NCBI GenBank assembly: GCA_963826525.1
Contig: CAWGXH010000003.1
Location: 448,001 to 512,000, forward strand
Source: an uncultured Methanomicrobiaceae archaeon
GTDB lineage: Archaea > Halobacteriota > Methanomicrobia > Methanomicrobiales > Methanoculleaceae
DNA: 64,000 nucleotides
Direction of reading: 5' to 3'
Below, piece after piece: positions 17,469 through 29,242 of this stretch. The stretch's first letter is position 1. Each line of letters begins with the position of its first letter. The notes below the pieces were generated by a model, which did no database searches, was not told the DNA's origin, and worked only from the letters and a program-made list of their open reading frames with translations. The position numbers were made by a program, and so were the translations under genes.

Positions 17469-19917
17469 TCACCTGGCCCACCGGATCTCGCCGTGATCGA
17501 TGAGTTTGTAGACGCGAACTTTCACCCAGTCCATGATCACGAGCTCCTCGACGATGGAGTACAGCCAGACGATCCCGGCCAGGTACCAGCCGATCGGCGT
17601 GACCCCGATACCGACGGCGACGATGACGGTTGCAATGGCCTTGGTGATGATGGCCGACCAGAGCAGAGCCGAACCCGGCCTGATCGACCAGAACGGCCCT
17701 CTGGTGCGGGAGACGAAGATCGTGAGGTGCCCCGCCACCGCCAGCTTCAGGAAGATGAGCGACTGGACGACCGCAAGGCTCAGCCCCAGCGTTACGTAGG
17801 CCAGATAGAAGAGAATAATCGTGGCGATGACACCCACGAATCCGATGAGTGTCGCAAGGGTGATGATCTCCCGCATCTTCCACTGTTCCGGAGACTGTGA
17901 GTAGAGGACGTTATCGTAGGCGATGGTCATGATCGGGAGGTCGTTTAAGAGCGACAGGAGCACGATCAGCAGTGCGGTGATCGGGAAGACGTTGAAGATG
18001 ATGATGATGGACGTGACGAAGAAGAGCACGCGGATGGTCTCGGCGATACGGTAGATCACGTAATGCACCATGCGCTGGAAGATTCTCCGGCTCTCCTTGA
18101 TCGCCTCGATGATCACCGAGAGCCCCGGTTTCGTGATCACGATCGATGCCGCCGATTTCGCCGCATCGGTGGCACCGGCGACCGCGATGCCGACATCGGC
18201 CTTCTTGAGGGCGGGTGCGTCGTTCACGCCGTCGCCGGTCATGCCGACGATGTGCCCCCGGGACTGGAGGAGGGAGACGATACGGTACCTATGTTCGGGG
18301 AAGACCTCGGCGAAGCCGTCCGCCTTCTCCACGATCTCCCCCGCCTCGGTGTCGTGCTCGTTCAGGAAAGCGTCGGCGGTGGTGATATTCGTCTTTAAGT
18401 TCACCTCTTTTGCGATCTCTTTTGCGATCGCCACGTGATCCCCGGTGACCATCTTGATCTCGAGCCCCATCTCCTCCGCCGTCTTGATGGTCTCCGCCGA
18501 ATCGGTCACGGGGCGGATCGTAGAGCCCGAGCACCCCGACGTACGTCCAGGTATCCCCGTCGCCGCTCCGTGCGACGCCGAGCATCCGGTATCCTTTTTT
18601 CGCAAAGGTATTCGAGAGATCGTCGATCTTCCCGCCGATCTCCTCGTTCCCGCCCGTCAGTTTCTGGATCACCTGGGGAGCGCCCTTCGCCACCTTAAAC
18701 TCGTTGCCCTCGCCGTCCCGCACCGTCGCCTCCGTGCGTTTGACCACGGGATCGAAGGGCTTGAACGCGGCAACGGTGTAGGAGCCGAGTTTCCCTTTGA
18801 GGCCCTGCCCCTGTTTCGAGTCGATGATCGCGACATCGATGGGGTCCTGATCCTCTTCCCTCGATGCGAGCAGGGCATCGAGCAGCACATCGTCCTTCCC
18901 GGCATCGCCGAACGGCACGATCTCGGAGAGGGTGAGTTTGTTCTCCGTTATCGTTCCCGTCTTGTCGGAACAGAGGATATCGACGCCGGCCATCTCCTCG
19001 ATGGCAACCAGTTTGCTGACGATCGCATTGTACTTCGTGAGCGCCACCGCTCCGACGGCCATGGTGATCGACAGGACGGCCGGCATGGCGGCAGGAATCG
19101 CCGCCACGATCAGGACGAGTGCGAACTGGAGCGTAGAGAGAATGCTCTCCTGCCGGATGATTGCGACGAGAAACGTGATTGCGACCAGGCCGATTGCGAG
19201 GACGATCAGGTAATCCCCGATCTTCAGGACGGCTTTCTGGAAGTGGCTGACCGTTGCCGCCTCTTCGGCAAGTTCGGCGGTCTTCCCAAAGAATGTCTTC
19301 AGTCCCGTCGTCACCACGACACCGGTCATTTCGCCCTGTTTTGCGATGGAGCCGGAGTAGGCGACATCCGATGCGTGTTTCTCGACCGGCAGCGACTCCC
19401 CGGTCAGTGCGGATTCATCTGCCGAGAGGTAGTCTCCTTCCACGAGCTTGATATCGGCGGGAATGATGTCCCCCATCCGCACCCGGACGATATCGCCGGG
19501 GACGAGCTCCCGTGCAGTGACCTCCTGCCATTTCCCGTCCCGCAATACCCGTGCTTTCACTGCAAGCCGTTTTTTAAGCATTGCAATGGCGTTTCCCGCC
19601 TGGCGGCCCTGCCAGAAACCGACGACTGCGTTGATGAGGAGCAGCGCCAGGATGAACGCGAAATCCTCCCACTTCTGGGTGACTGCGGAGATTATTACCG
19701 CAGCCTCGATCATATAGGGGATGGGGCCTCTGAAATACTGTAAAAACTCAAGAATCGGATTTCTTTTCGTTTCCGCGAGCTCGTTGTATCCGTACTGCTG
19801 AATCCTGTTCTGCGCCTCCGATGCGGAAAGACCTTTCCGGCTGGTAGACAGGGCCTGATATACGTCATCCACGGACGCTGATTTGGCATCGTCCGTGCTG
19901 ATCTCGTCCTTCCCCAT
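17469..19917 (-). CDS. P-type IIIA plasma-membrane H+-ATPase, copy 1 (frameshift ~18505)
   Basis: TGES, CSDKTGT, KGAP, MVTGDH, MTGDGVNDAPALKKADVGIA, YRI and TM6 LLND; ORFs 18289..19917 + 17469..18605. Confidence 0.92.
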
Positions 19918-20014
19918 GAACCTCCCCCCTGCCCTCTTACTGCCGGGAGTATATTAAATGCTGGTGCCGCCGGAAGAACCTGCGATGCTCCCTCTCTGCC
20001 GGGCGTATCCGGCA

Positions 20015-21788
20015 GCTCGAGCAGATACGCTTCCGAGGCGTATCTGCGCATCATCACGTGGCTGTTGAAGTAGTACGCAATCAAACCGACGGCGTTCTTC
20101 ATACGGTGCGTCCACTCGTCCTCCATGCTATAGTAGAGGGGCAGAATGACGTACTCGAGTTTGTTGTAGAGATCCCGGAGCTCCTGCGCTCTCCGCTGCT
20201 CTTCGGTGACCGGTTCATCGGGTCCCGGGCCAATCGCCCAGCCGGTGACGCCTTCGACGCATCCCTCGACCCACCAGCCGTCCAGGACACTGAAGTTCAT
20301 GACGCCGTTAAACGCTGCCTTCATCCCGCTGGTCCCGGACGCCTCCATGGGGGGGAGCGGAGTATTCAGCCAGACGTCCACGCCGGACGTGAGTTTTCCT
20401 GCCAGGTCCATGGAGTAGTTCTCCAGATAGACCACCTCGATCTCGCCCTTCAGCCGATCGCGGAATGCATAGATGTCCTTGATGAGCTGCTTGCCGCCCT
20501 CGTCATGCGGGTGCGCCTTTCCGGAAAAGAGCAGTCTGGATCGGCCATTTTCGGTTGATCTCCTTCAGCCGTTCGAGGTCGGAGAAGATCAGGGTTGCCC
20601 GTTTGTACCCGGTGGCCCTGCGTGCAAACCCGATCGTCATGGCCTTTGGATCCAGGTTCACTCCGGTCGATCCGCGAACGTCGTCGATGAGTGCCTCTTT
20701 TGCCTTTACATGGGCATCCCAGATCTCCTCGTTCGGGATCTTCCCGACCCGCACGAGCAGTTCGGGTTCGTTCGCCCACCCGCGAATGTATCGGTCGAAC
20801 AGTTTTCGAAACTCGGGACTGGTCCAGGTGAACGGGTGGACGCCGTTGGTAATCTCGCGAATGTGGTATCCGTGAAAGAGCTTCTGGGAGTACTCCTGGT
20901 GGGCTTTGGCGACGCCGTTGTGGTATTTGCTCATGTTCAGCGCGAGAAGGGTCAGGTTCAGCCGGTCCTCGCCTCCGTACTTCTTCAGGGTGTCGATGGG
21001 GAAGTCGAGCGCTTTTCCGACATCGTCGTACGAAAAGGTATCCATTGCAGCGGCAACGGGCGTATGGGTCGTAAACACACACATATCGCCTGCCGTATCG
21101 GCATCATAGCCGTTCATCGTCATGAGCTCGAGGGTGAGAAGGCTGGAGTGCCCCTCGTTCATGTGGTATCGTTCTACCCTGAAGTTCAGGGCTTTCAGCA
21201 TCCTGACGCCGCCGATACCCAGCACGATCTCCTGCCTGAGCCGATAAGCACTGTCGCTGCCGTAGAGGTAACTCGTAATCTGCCGATCGTCCGGCGCATT
21301 CTCCTCCAGATCCGTATCGAGGAGGATGACCGGGAACCAGGCCGCCCACCGGGCTTTCATGGTCATGGAACCAGGCACGGATACGGACGTCCCGGCCATC
21401 GATGCGTACGGTGACCGTCCGAGGGCAGGAGCCGCATGTACTGAGCGGGGTCCCATTCGTCCGGAAGTTCCTGCTGCACCCCGTCCCCGGTTATCTTCTG
21501 CCTCAGGTATCCTTTTCTGCTGACCAGCGTGACCGCGACGAGCGGAATGCGGAGATCCGCACTGGATCTGACCGCATCTCCGGCGAGAACTCCCAGTCCT
21601 CCGCTGTACGTCGGAATGTCGCTCTGTAATCCGATCTCCATCGAAAAGTATGCGATGCGCGAACCTTCCAGAAAACGGCGCCTGTGAATCTCACTGTCGA
21701 AGTAGTAGGTCTTCCCCCAGGCATCCGCCTTGTACTGTGCCGTTTCGGTGTCGACCGGGCTTCCGGATATGGGATCTTTTACAATCAT
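20015..21788 (-). CDS. glgP: Alpha-glucan (glycogen/maltodextrin) phosphorylase with N-terminal YHS-like domain (frameshifts ~21420, ~21332, ~20540; stop approximate)
   Basis: AYFSMEIG...[55 protein letters not shown] (PLP lysine), SVLDGWW. Confidence 0.9.
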
Positions 21789-22397
21789 GGCGTATTCGCC
21801 CCCCCTCGGGTGTGACCACTCCGGCATATGTCGCCGGACTATCCATGCTGCAAAAGCCCTTGTCAAGAGCGTCCGCATCACGCCGGCCATGGCTGGATGG
21901 GGCTGTATACCCGATCGACTGGATGTCTCATAGATCGGGGTATATACAGGTATCGCTCTCCGGCAGTAGGTGACGACCCCGGACAATTCCGGCCGCCCGG
22001 ATGATCCGTGCAGCATGCCCCTGTCGATACAACAGTGCCCGCCGGGCTCCCCTCTTTTACCCCTTATCTCACCGTATACCGGCACTTCCACATTCAAAAC
22101 CCGCAGACCGGCGTATCGGTACTCAAGACGGAGCGGTTCGCGGCATGTCATCCCTGTGCACCGGGCCGTTTGAAACCCGGGAAACGGGATTCGGCACTGT
22201 TCCCGATGAAGATCCGATGCCGTGCCTGAGGATACTGCACAGTTCATACGTGATCAGTCTGCAAAAGAGCGGCCGGAATCTATTAAAGGTCTGTTGCCGA
22301 TATGCCGATGGCGTGGCCATCCGGATGCCCGAAGATGCATGCGGTCGGACGGGTTTTGGTTTGAGCACATTGTCCGTGATTGGGGGCGAAGTCACGT

Positions 22398-23633
22398 ATG
22401 GATGCAATACCCGACATAGGGATACAAGACTATGAAAAATACATCGGGGCCGGAGCGGTCAGACGTATTCTGGATAAAGCACGGCAGCTTCGGGACCTCC
22501 ACATCGTTAACATCAATTCGACCTATTACGGGGGAGGCGTCTCCCAGTTTCTCTCATCGACGACACTTCTGATGAATAGCCTGGGTATCAGGACCGGGTG
22601 GCGGGTGGTTCACGGCTCCCCGGACTTCTTCAGCGTCACCAAGAAGTTCCACAATGCTCTCCAGGGGGCGGCCATCAACCTCACCGACAGGAAGATGCAA
22701 CTCTATGAGCAGGTCGTGTACCAGAACGCACTGCGCAATCACCTCGACCATGATATCGTCTTCGTGCACGATCCGCAGCCCCTTCCCCTGATCCAGCATT
22801 ACCGGAAGGACGACCCCTGGATATGGCGATGCCATATCGACCTGACCCGGCCGAACAAGAAGGTCTGGGACTACCTCCTCCGGTTTATCCGCCGGTACGA
22901 TGCCGTTATTCTGAGCAGCAGGGATTACCGGCAGGAGCTGAACGTTCCGCAGGTTTTCTTCATGCCGAGCATCGATCCCTTCACCATTACCAATAGGGAG
23001 CTGACCGAGGAGGAGATCGACGAGCGCCTGGAACACTATCATATTCCCACCGATCTTCCGCTCGTCGTGCAGATATCCCGCTTCGACCGCTGGAAAGACC
23101 CGGTAGGCGTCATCAAGGCGTTCAAGATCGCCAGGAAGAAGGTGGCGTGTACGCTCGTGCTGCTGGGCAATGTGGCGACGGACGATCCCGAAGGTCAGGC
23201 CGTGTATCGTTCGCTCCTGAAGAACCGGGAAGAGCGCATCATCATTATCAGCCGCCAGGATAGCGCGCTCGTCAACGCCCTGCAGCGTCGGGCGGCGGTT
23301 GTTCTGCAGAAATCCATCCGCGAGGGATTCGGCCTCACCGTGGCCGAGGCGATGTGGAAGGGCACGCCGGTCATCGGCGGGAACGTGGGGGGCATCCGCT
23401 ACCAGATTCGCGACGGTGTGAATGGATTCCTGGTATCGTCCGTGGAGGAGGCGGCCGACCGGATCGTGCAGGTGATCACCGATCCGGACCTCAGGAACCG
23501 GCTGGGACGGGAGGCGCATGAATCGGTGCGCCGGAACTTCCTGCTCACACGCTCCATAGAACAGGATCTCGACCTTATCGGTGCAATAAAACCTGAGTTC
23601 CGGCTCTCCGATGCGGTGAAAAAGTACGAGTGA
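22398..23633 (+). CDS. treT: Trehalose synthase (glycosyl-transferring, GT4 TreT family)
   Basis: INSTYYGGGV, TKKFHNALQG, HDPQP, WRCHID, QISRFDRWKDP, QKSIREGFGLTVAEAMWK. Confidence 0.88.
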   Translation: MDAIPDIGIQDYEKYIGAGAVRRILDKARQLRDLHIVNINSTYYGGGVSQFLSSTTLLMNSLGIRTGWRVVHGSPDFFSVTKKFHNALQGAAINLTDRKMQLYEQVVYQNALRNHLDHDIVFVHDPQPLPLIQHYRKDDPWIWRCHIDLTRPNKKVWDYLLRFIRRYDAVILSSRDYRQELNVPQVFFMPSIDPFTITNRELTEEEIDERLEHYHIPTDLPLVVQISRFDRWKDPVGVIKAFKIARKKVACTLVLLGNVATDDPEGQAVYRSLLKNREERIIIISRQDSALVNALQRRAAVVLQKSIREGFGLTVAEAMWKGTPVIGGNVGGIRYQIRDGVNGFLVSSVEEAADRIVQVITDPDLRNRLGREAHESVRRNFLLTRSIEQDLDLIGAIKPEFRLSDAVKKYE

Positions 23634-23655
23634 TGGCGGCGTTCATGACCCACCA

Positions 23656-24624
23656 TCATTCCGAGAGGAGCGAGAACAGTCTCCTGACGTCGGCATCGAG
23701 CGGCCTTTTCTTCTGCCAGGTCTCGTCGAACGGCGTATAGGCGATCTCCCCTTTCACCTCTCCCACCATACAGCCGCTCCGGCCCTCGAGGAGCGCGGTA
23801 ACGGCTGCTACGCCCAGGACACTTCCGAGCACGCGGTCACGCACGGTGGGCGGCCCTCCCCGCTGGAGATGCCCGAGAACAACGACACGGGACTCGTAGT
23901 TCAGGAATTTCCGAACCTCGTCGGCGATCCGGAAACTCTTCCCCGGGTTTTTCCCCTCCGCCACCACCACGATGGCGCTTTTCTTGCCGATTTTAAAACC
24001 CTCTTTGAGCCGGTCGCTCAGTTCGGCACTGGAGATCGGCTCCTCGGGGATGACCAGCTCTTCGGCACCCCCGGCGATGCCGCTCTCCAGCGCAAGGAAC
24101 CCGGTATGGTGCCCCATCACCTCCACGAAGAAGAGGCGTTCGTGCGACCGTGCCGTGTCGCGGATCCGGTCGATCGCGTTGAGGGCGCAGTTCGCGGCGG
24201 TGTCAAAGCCGATGCTGGAGTCGGTTCCGTACACATCGTTATCGATGCTTCCGGGTACCCCTACGAGTGTCGTTCCCCACTCGGCAGCCAGCAGGCTTGC
24301 CCCGTGGAACGTCCCTTCGCCGCCGATGAGGATCAAACCGTCCAGGCCCGCCTGCCCGATAACCTCCGCAGCTCGTGCTCGCCCCTCCCGGGTCATGAAC
24401 TCCGGGCTTCGGGACGTCTCGAGGATGGTGCCGCCGAGATGAATGGTGTTCCGGATGGCCGTCCGGTCGAGCGGCACGATATCCCCCTCGATAAGCCCGG
24501 CATACCCCCGGCGTATTCCGACGATCTCCAGTCCGTGTGCCAGTGCGGCGCGTACCGCAGCACGGATGCAGGCGTTCATGCCCGGGGCGTCACCGCCGCT
24601 TGTTAAGATTCCGATTCGCTTCAT
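23656..24624 (-). CDS. pfkA: 6-phosphofructokinase, PfkA family (ATP-type residues)
   Basis: TSGGDAPGMN, GGTILETSR, IGGEGT, PGSIDND, GFDTA, EVMG, LGHLQRGG. Confidence 0.92.
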   Translation of the reverse strand: MKRIGILTSGGDAPGMNACIRAAVRAALAHGLEIVGIRRGYAGLIEGDIVPLDRTAIRNTIHLGGTILETSRSPEFMTREGRARAAEVIGQAGLDGLILIGGEGTFHGASLLAAEWGTTLVGVPGSIDNDVYGTDSSIGFDTAANCALNAIDRIRDTARSHERLFFVEVMGHHTGFLALESGIAGGAEELVIPEEPISSAELSDRLKEGFKIGKKSAIVVVAEGKNPGKSFRIADEVRKFLNYESRVVVLGHLQRGGPPTVRDRVLGSVLGVAAVTALLEGRSGCMVGEVKGEIAYTPFDETWQKKRPLDADVRRLFSLLSE

Positions 24625-24783
24625 GTCTCATCCGGTGCCGGGTATGCGATAGCCTATGTAAATAAAGGCGCCTCATCACAGGCGCCGAAGGGAGGGGACA
24701 CGGGTATCCGGGTTTGGGCTGCTCATGACCCCGGCCGGATGACAACCGACGGCTGCCCTCTCTCCATGCGGAGGTGAACTTCG

Positions 24784-25545
24784 ATGGCAGTGCTGATTAT
24801 GCTACGACATGGCGAAAGCCTCTGGAATCGGAAGGGTACGTTCACGGGCTGGACCGACGTGGATCTCTCGGAGGACGGTATCCGGGAAGCCCACCGTGCT
24901 GCGGAGCTCCTGCGGGAAGGCGGATATACGTTTGATAGTGCCTACACCTCCGTGCTCAAGCGTGCCATCAGGACGCTCTGGATCGTCATGGACGACATGG
25001 ACCTCATGTACGTCCCCGTGCACCGGTCGTGGCGGCTGAACGAGAAGAGCTACGGCGCATTGCAGGGCCTCGACAAGCACGAGACCGCCCAAAAGTACGG
25101 TGCGGAGCAGGTGCACCTCTGGCGGCGCGGTTTTGACGTCCGTCCGCCGCCGCTCGCCCCGGATGATCCGCGGCATCCCGGGTTCGATCCCCGCTATGCG
25201 GATCTGACACCCGACGAGCTGCCGGCGACCGAGTCGCTGCACGATACGCTCAACCGGACACTCCCGTACTGGCACGAACGGATAGCGGCATGCCTGCGGG
25301 ACGGGAAGACCCCCCTTATCGCGGCGCACGGGAACAGTCTCCGTGCGCTGGTCAAATATCTCGACGACGTCCCGGACGAAGCGATAGCAGATCTCAACAT
25401 TCCCACGGGCTACCCGCTGATCTACGAACTGGACGAGGATCTGCATGCCGTCCGCCATTACTACCTCGGGAACCCGGATGAGATTGCACGGGCCACGCAG
25501 GCGGTGGCACAGCAGGCCACGCCGGGGACTCCCCCGCGGGGATGA
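24784..25545 (+). CDS. gpmA: 2,3-bisphosphoglycerate-dependent phosphoglycerate mutase
   Basis: LRHGES.WN..FTGW.D, RLNE..YG.LQG, WRR, AHGNSLR, IPTG.P. Confidence 0.95.
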   Translation: MAVLIMLRHGESLWNRKGTFTGWTDVDLSEDGIREAHRAAELLREGGYTFDSAYTSVLKRAIRTLWIVMDDMDLMYVPVHRSWRLNEKSYGALQGLDKHETAQKYGAEQVHLWRRGFDVRPPPLAPDDPRHPGFDPRYADLTPDELPATESLHDTLNRTLPYWHERIAACLRDGKTPLIAAHGNSLRALVKYLDDVPDEAIADLNIPTGYPLIYELDEDLHAVRHYYLGNPDEIARATQAVAQQATPGTPPRG

Positions 25546-25550
25546 GGCAC

Positions 25551-26909
25551 ATGGGAACGATCTTCAAGGCATACGATATCCGGGGAGCATATCCGGACGA
25601 GCTTGATGAGGATACGGCCCGCCGGATCGGTGCCGGTTTCGCCCGGCTCCTGCAGGCGGAGACGATCGTCGTCGGGCGGGACATGCGGCTCTCCTCGCCG
25701 TCGCTTGCCGAGGCCTTCATCGAGGGAGCGCTCTCTGCCGGAGCGTCGGTGACCGATGTCGGGATGGTGAGCACGCCGCTCCTCTACCATGCCATCATCG
25801 ACGGCTGGTTCGACGGAGGTGCCATGGTGACGGCATCGCATCTGCCCGGTCGGATGAACGGGTTCAAACTCTGCCGCGAGAACGCGATCCCGCTCAGCGG
25901 TGATGCAGGATTGCCCGCACTGGAGCGTCTGGTCGGGGAATCGCCACCGGTTCCGCCACGGCCGATAACCGGCAAATATCGACGGCTCTCTGTGATGGAA
26001 GGCTATATCGAGATGCTCTTTTCGTTCGTCAGGCCGGGGCGGCCGCTCAACGTCATCGTCGACGCCGGCAGCGGCATGGCCGGACCGGAAGTCCCCCGCC
26101 TTGCTGCAAAGGTTCCGGGATGGACGTTTTCCTTCAGGGATGTGGAGCCCGACGGCAGGTTCCCCGACCATATCGCAAATCCCCTGGTCGCCTCGACGAC
26201 CCGTGAACTGCAGGCCGAGGTCGTCCGGGAGCAGGCCGATATCGGCGTCGCATTCGACGGGGACGCCGACCGGTGCGGGTTCATCGACGAAGAGGGGAGT
26301 CGCGTTCCGGAAGACCTGGTGACGGCGCTCATCGCCGAGGTCTTTCTGCAGCGCCATCCCGGGGGGACGATCCTCTACGACCTCAGGTCGAGCCGCGTCG
26401 TCCCGGAGACGATCGAAAGGCTCGGCGGGAAGGCCGTGCGATGCAGGGTGGGGCATGCGTTTATCAAGGCGCAGATGCGCGAGGAAGAGGCTTTGTTCGC
26501 GGGAGAGCTCTCCGGGCACTACTATTACCGCGATACCGGCTACACCGACAACGCCGTGATGACGATGATCCAGATGTTAAATCTCCTCTCCCTGAAACAG
26601 GAGCCCCTCTCCCGCCTTATCGCGCCGCTGAAGAAGTACGCTTCAACCGGCGAGATCAACATTCGGGTGAAGGACAAAGACGCCGTGCTCGCCGCTCTCG
26701 CGGATCGCTGCAGCGATGCGAAGATTGACCGGCTCGACGGCCTGACGGTCGAGTATCCGTCGTGGTGGTTCAACATCCGCCCCTCTCACACCGAGCCCGT
26801 TCTCCGGCTCAACCTGGAGGCACGGGACAGGGAAGCCATGGAGACGAAGAAACAGGACGTCCTGGCAATCGTGTCGAAGACCGACCCGGCTATGCGCATC
26901 GCGGAGTAA
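25551..26909 (+). CDS. Phosphomannomutase/phosphoglucomutase
   Basis: FKAYDIRG, TASH, FDGDADR, GELSGH, RPSHTEP. Confidence 0.93.
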   Translation: MGTIFKAYDIRGAYPDELDEDTARRIGAGFARLLQAETIVVGRDMRLSSPSLAEAFIEGALSAGASVTDVGMVSTPLLYHAIIDGWFDGGAMVTASHLPGRMNGFKLCRENAIPLSGDAGLPALERLVGESPPVPPRPITGKYRRLSVMEGYIEMLFSFVRPGRPLNVIVDAGSGMAGPEVPRLAAKVPGWTFSFRDVEPDGRFPDHIANPLVASTTRELQAEVVREQADIGVAFDGDADRCGFIDEEGSRVPEDLVTALIAEVFLQRHPGGTILYDLRSSRVVPETIERLGGKAVRCRVGHAFIKAQMREEEALFAGELSGHYYYRDTGYTDNAVMTMIQMLNLLSLKQEPLSRLIAPLKKYASTGEINIRVKDKDAVLAALADRCSDAKIDRLDGLTVEYPSWWFNIRPSHTEPVLRLNLEARDREAMETKKQDVLAIVSKTDPAMRIAE

Positions 26910-27112
26910 CGGTGCCGCCGGGTGCCTCCACGCGAACCCACAAAGCAGTCGAGCTCCGGGACGGGGAGAGCGGGTAGCGAAGTACAACCGGCTGCTGCAG
27001 TCTTCGCCGGAAGAGAAGCATCCACCGCGAACGGCTCCGCTGTTCTGCGGATCGGGGCAAAGGTTATACGCCTGGGTGGCGTAAGCACCGCGTCCGACAA
27101 GGGGGAATTGCC

Positions 27113-28126
27113 ATGAAAAAAGTTGCGATTAATGGATTCGGGCGTATCGGGCGGATGATTCTCTCCAATTACCTGATCGACCCGCCGGGCAACATCGAGA
27201 TTGTTGCGGTCAACGATCCGAAACCGCCGGATGTACTCGCCTACCTGGTGAAGTACGACTCGGTGCACGGAAGAGCGCCTTTCACGGTCGAAGCGGGGTC
27301 GGATCACCTTCGGCTCGGGTCGCGAAAAGTGGCCGTACTCGGCGAGAGGGATCCTGCCGCCCTTCCGTGGAACGATCTCGGTGTCGATCTGGTGCTCGAA
27401 TGCACCGGGCGGTTCACCGACAGGAACGACGCTGCAAAGCATCTGGATGCCGGGGCGTCCCGGGTCATCATCAGCGCACCGTCGCACAATCCCGATCTGA
27501 CGGTCGTGCTGGGTGTCAACGAACAGGACTACGATCCCGCCCGGCATACCGTCGTATCGAACGCGTCCTGCACGACCAACGCCCTGGCGCCGGCAGCGAA
27601 GGTGCTCAACGATGCCTTCGGCGTCGACCACCTGATGGCGACGGCGATTCATGCCTATACCGCCACCCAGGCGCTGGTCGATAAGGCCGCCCCGAAAGTG
27701 CGCCGCGGACGCGCTGCGGCGGTCTCGCTGATCCCGACGACGACCGGCGCCGCCATTGCCACCACCCGCGTTCTGCCGGAACTCACCGGCAAGATGGATG
27801 CGATCGCGGTGCGGGCACCCATCCCGGACGGGTCTATCATCGATATCGTTGCCCAGCTGAAGCGGAATGTGACGGCGGATGAGGTGAATGCGGCCATGAA
27901 AGCGGCTGCCGAGGGGCACATGCAGGGTTTTCTCGCGTATACGGAGGAATACCTGGTTTCGGCGGATATCATCGGCGATCCCCATTCCGGTGTGGTCGAC
28001 GGACGGTCCACCAGCGTCGTCGACGGGCGGATGGCCCGGGTCATGGTCTGGTACGACAACGAGTTCGGGTATGCCCGGCGCATGGTCGACCTCGCCTCGT
28101 ACATGGCGTCCCGGGAGGAGGGATGA
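27113..28126 (+). CDS. gap: Glyceraldehyde-3-phosphate dehydrogenase, class I (bacterial type)
   Basis: INGFGRIGR, YDSVHG, ECTG, SNASCTTN, HAYT, IPTTTGAA, WYDNE.GY. Confidence 0.95.
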   Translation: MKKVAINGFGRIGRMILSNYLIDPPGNIEIVAVNDPKPPDVLAYLVKYDSVHGRAPFTVEAGSDHLRLGSRKVAVLGERDPAALPWNDLGVDLVLECTGRFTDRNDAAKHLDAGASRVIISAPSHNPDLTVVLGVNEQDYDPARHTVVSNASCTTNALAPAAKVLNDAFGVDHLMATAIHAYTATQALVDKAAPKVRRGRAAAVSLIPTTTGAAIATTRVLPELTGKMDAIAVRAPIPDGSIIDIVAQLKRNVTADEVNAAMKAAAEGHMQGFLAYTEEYLVSADIIGDPHSGVVDGRSTSVVDGRMARVMVWYDNEFGYARRMVDLASYMASREEG

Positions 28127-28170
28127 CGTCAGCGGCCGCACGATCGGATCGCTGATACGGGGGAGATACC

Positions 28171-29242
28171 ATGGTAAAACTGGTATTTTTCGATCTGGAC
28201 GAGCAGGAGCAGTCCGTCATCCGGGATGCGTTCGCAGGCGAGAGCGGATACGAGGTTGCCGTGCACGGCGAACCGCTCACGACCCGAAGCGCACCGCTTG
28301 CCCGGGATGCAGACGGGATCGGGGTATTCGTTCAGTCGCATATCACCCGTGAGATCCTGGATGCGCTACCGAACCTCCGGATGATCGCCGCTATGTCCAC
28401 CGGCTTTGACAACATCGACCTGGAAGCCTGCAGGACGCGCAACATCGCCGTCTGCAATGTGCCGTCGTACGGCGACAACACCGTGGCGGAGTATGCGTTC
28501 GGGCTTATGCTGGCTCTCACCCGGAAGCTTCGGCCGACGTTCCGGCGGGTCGATCAGGGGGAGTTCAGCCGTGAGGGGCTGCGGGGAATGGATCTGAAGG
28601 GAAAGACCCTCGGCCTGATCGGGACCGGCCATATCGGGTCGCACCTTGCACGCCTTGCGTGGGCGGCCGGAATGACGGTGATCGCCTACGACCCGCATCC
28701 GAAACCTGATCTCGCCCGAGCAGTACGGGGTGACCTTCCTGAGCCTCGAGGATGTCCTCAGGCAGTCGGACGTCGTCAGCCTGCACGTCCCGTACACGAA
28801 ATCCACGCACCACCTGATCGATGCCGAGCGGCTTGCGCTGTTCAAGCATACTGCATTTCTCATCAACACCTCGCGGGGAAGAGTGGTGGACACGAAGGCC
28901 GTCTCCGATGCCCTGCGGGACGGGCGCCTCGGCGGGGTAGCACTCGATACCTTCGAAGGGGAGCAGGTCTGGATCGAAGAAGAATTCTTGAAAAGAGATG
29001 ATGTCGCCGCGATCGTGCTGCGGGAGGCGATGGAGAGTTTCTCCATCCTGCACTCCGATCGCGCGATACTCACGCCGCACAACGCCTACAACACGGCGGA
29101 GGCCCTGGGGCGGATACTGACTACCAGTGCCGACAATATCAGGGCGTTTTTGCCGGCGACCCGCAGAATGTGGTTGCCGAAACATACCATACGCCGGCGG
29201 CGCGAGCTGCACCGGCGGCACGATAGGGGGAGTACACCATGA
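28171..29242 (+). CDS. D-isomer-specific 2-hydroxyacid dehydrogenase (D-lactate dehydrogenase-like; frameshifts ~28720, ~29150)
   Basis: STGFDNID, NVPSYG..TVAE, GLIGTGHIG, SLHVP, INTSRG, LDTFEGE, TPHNAYNT.EA. Confidence 0.88.

Noticed and set aside
18445-19743. Long opposite-strand ORFs (e.g. 18445..19743, 35081..36292, 13843..15303, 26786..28141, 25461..26519)
   Set aside because: They are shadow ORFs typical of GC-rich DNA, overlap confidently identified genes and show no motifs.
19710-20015. C-terminal extension of the phosphorylase into the ATPase gene
   Set aside because: Homology ends at RRYASEAYL; the read-through crosses the ATPase promoter and start and probably reflects a lost stop.
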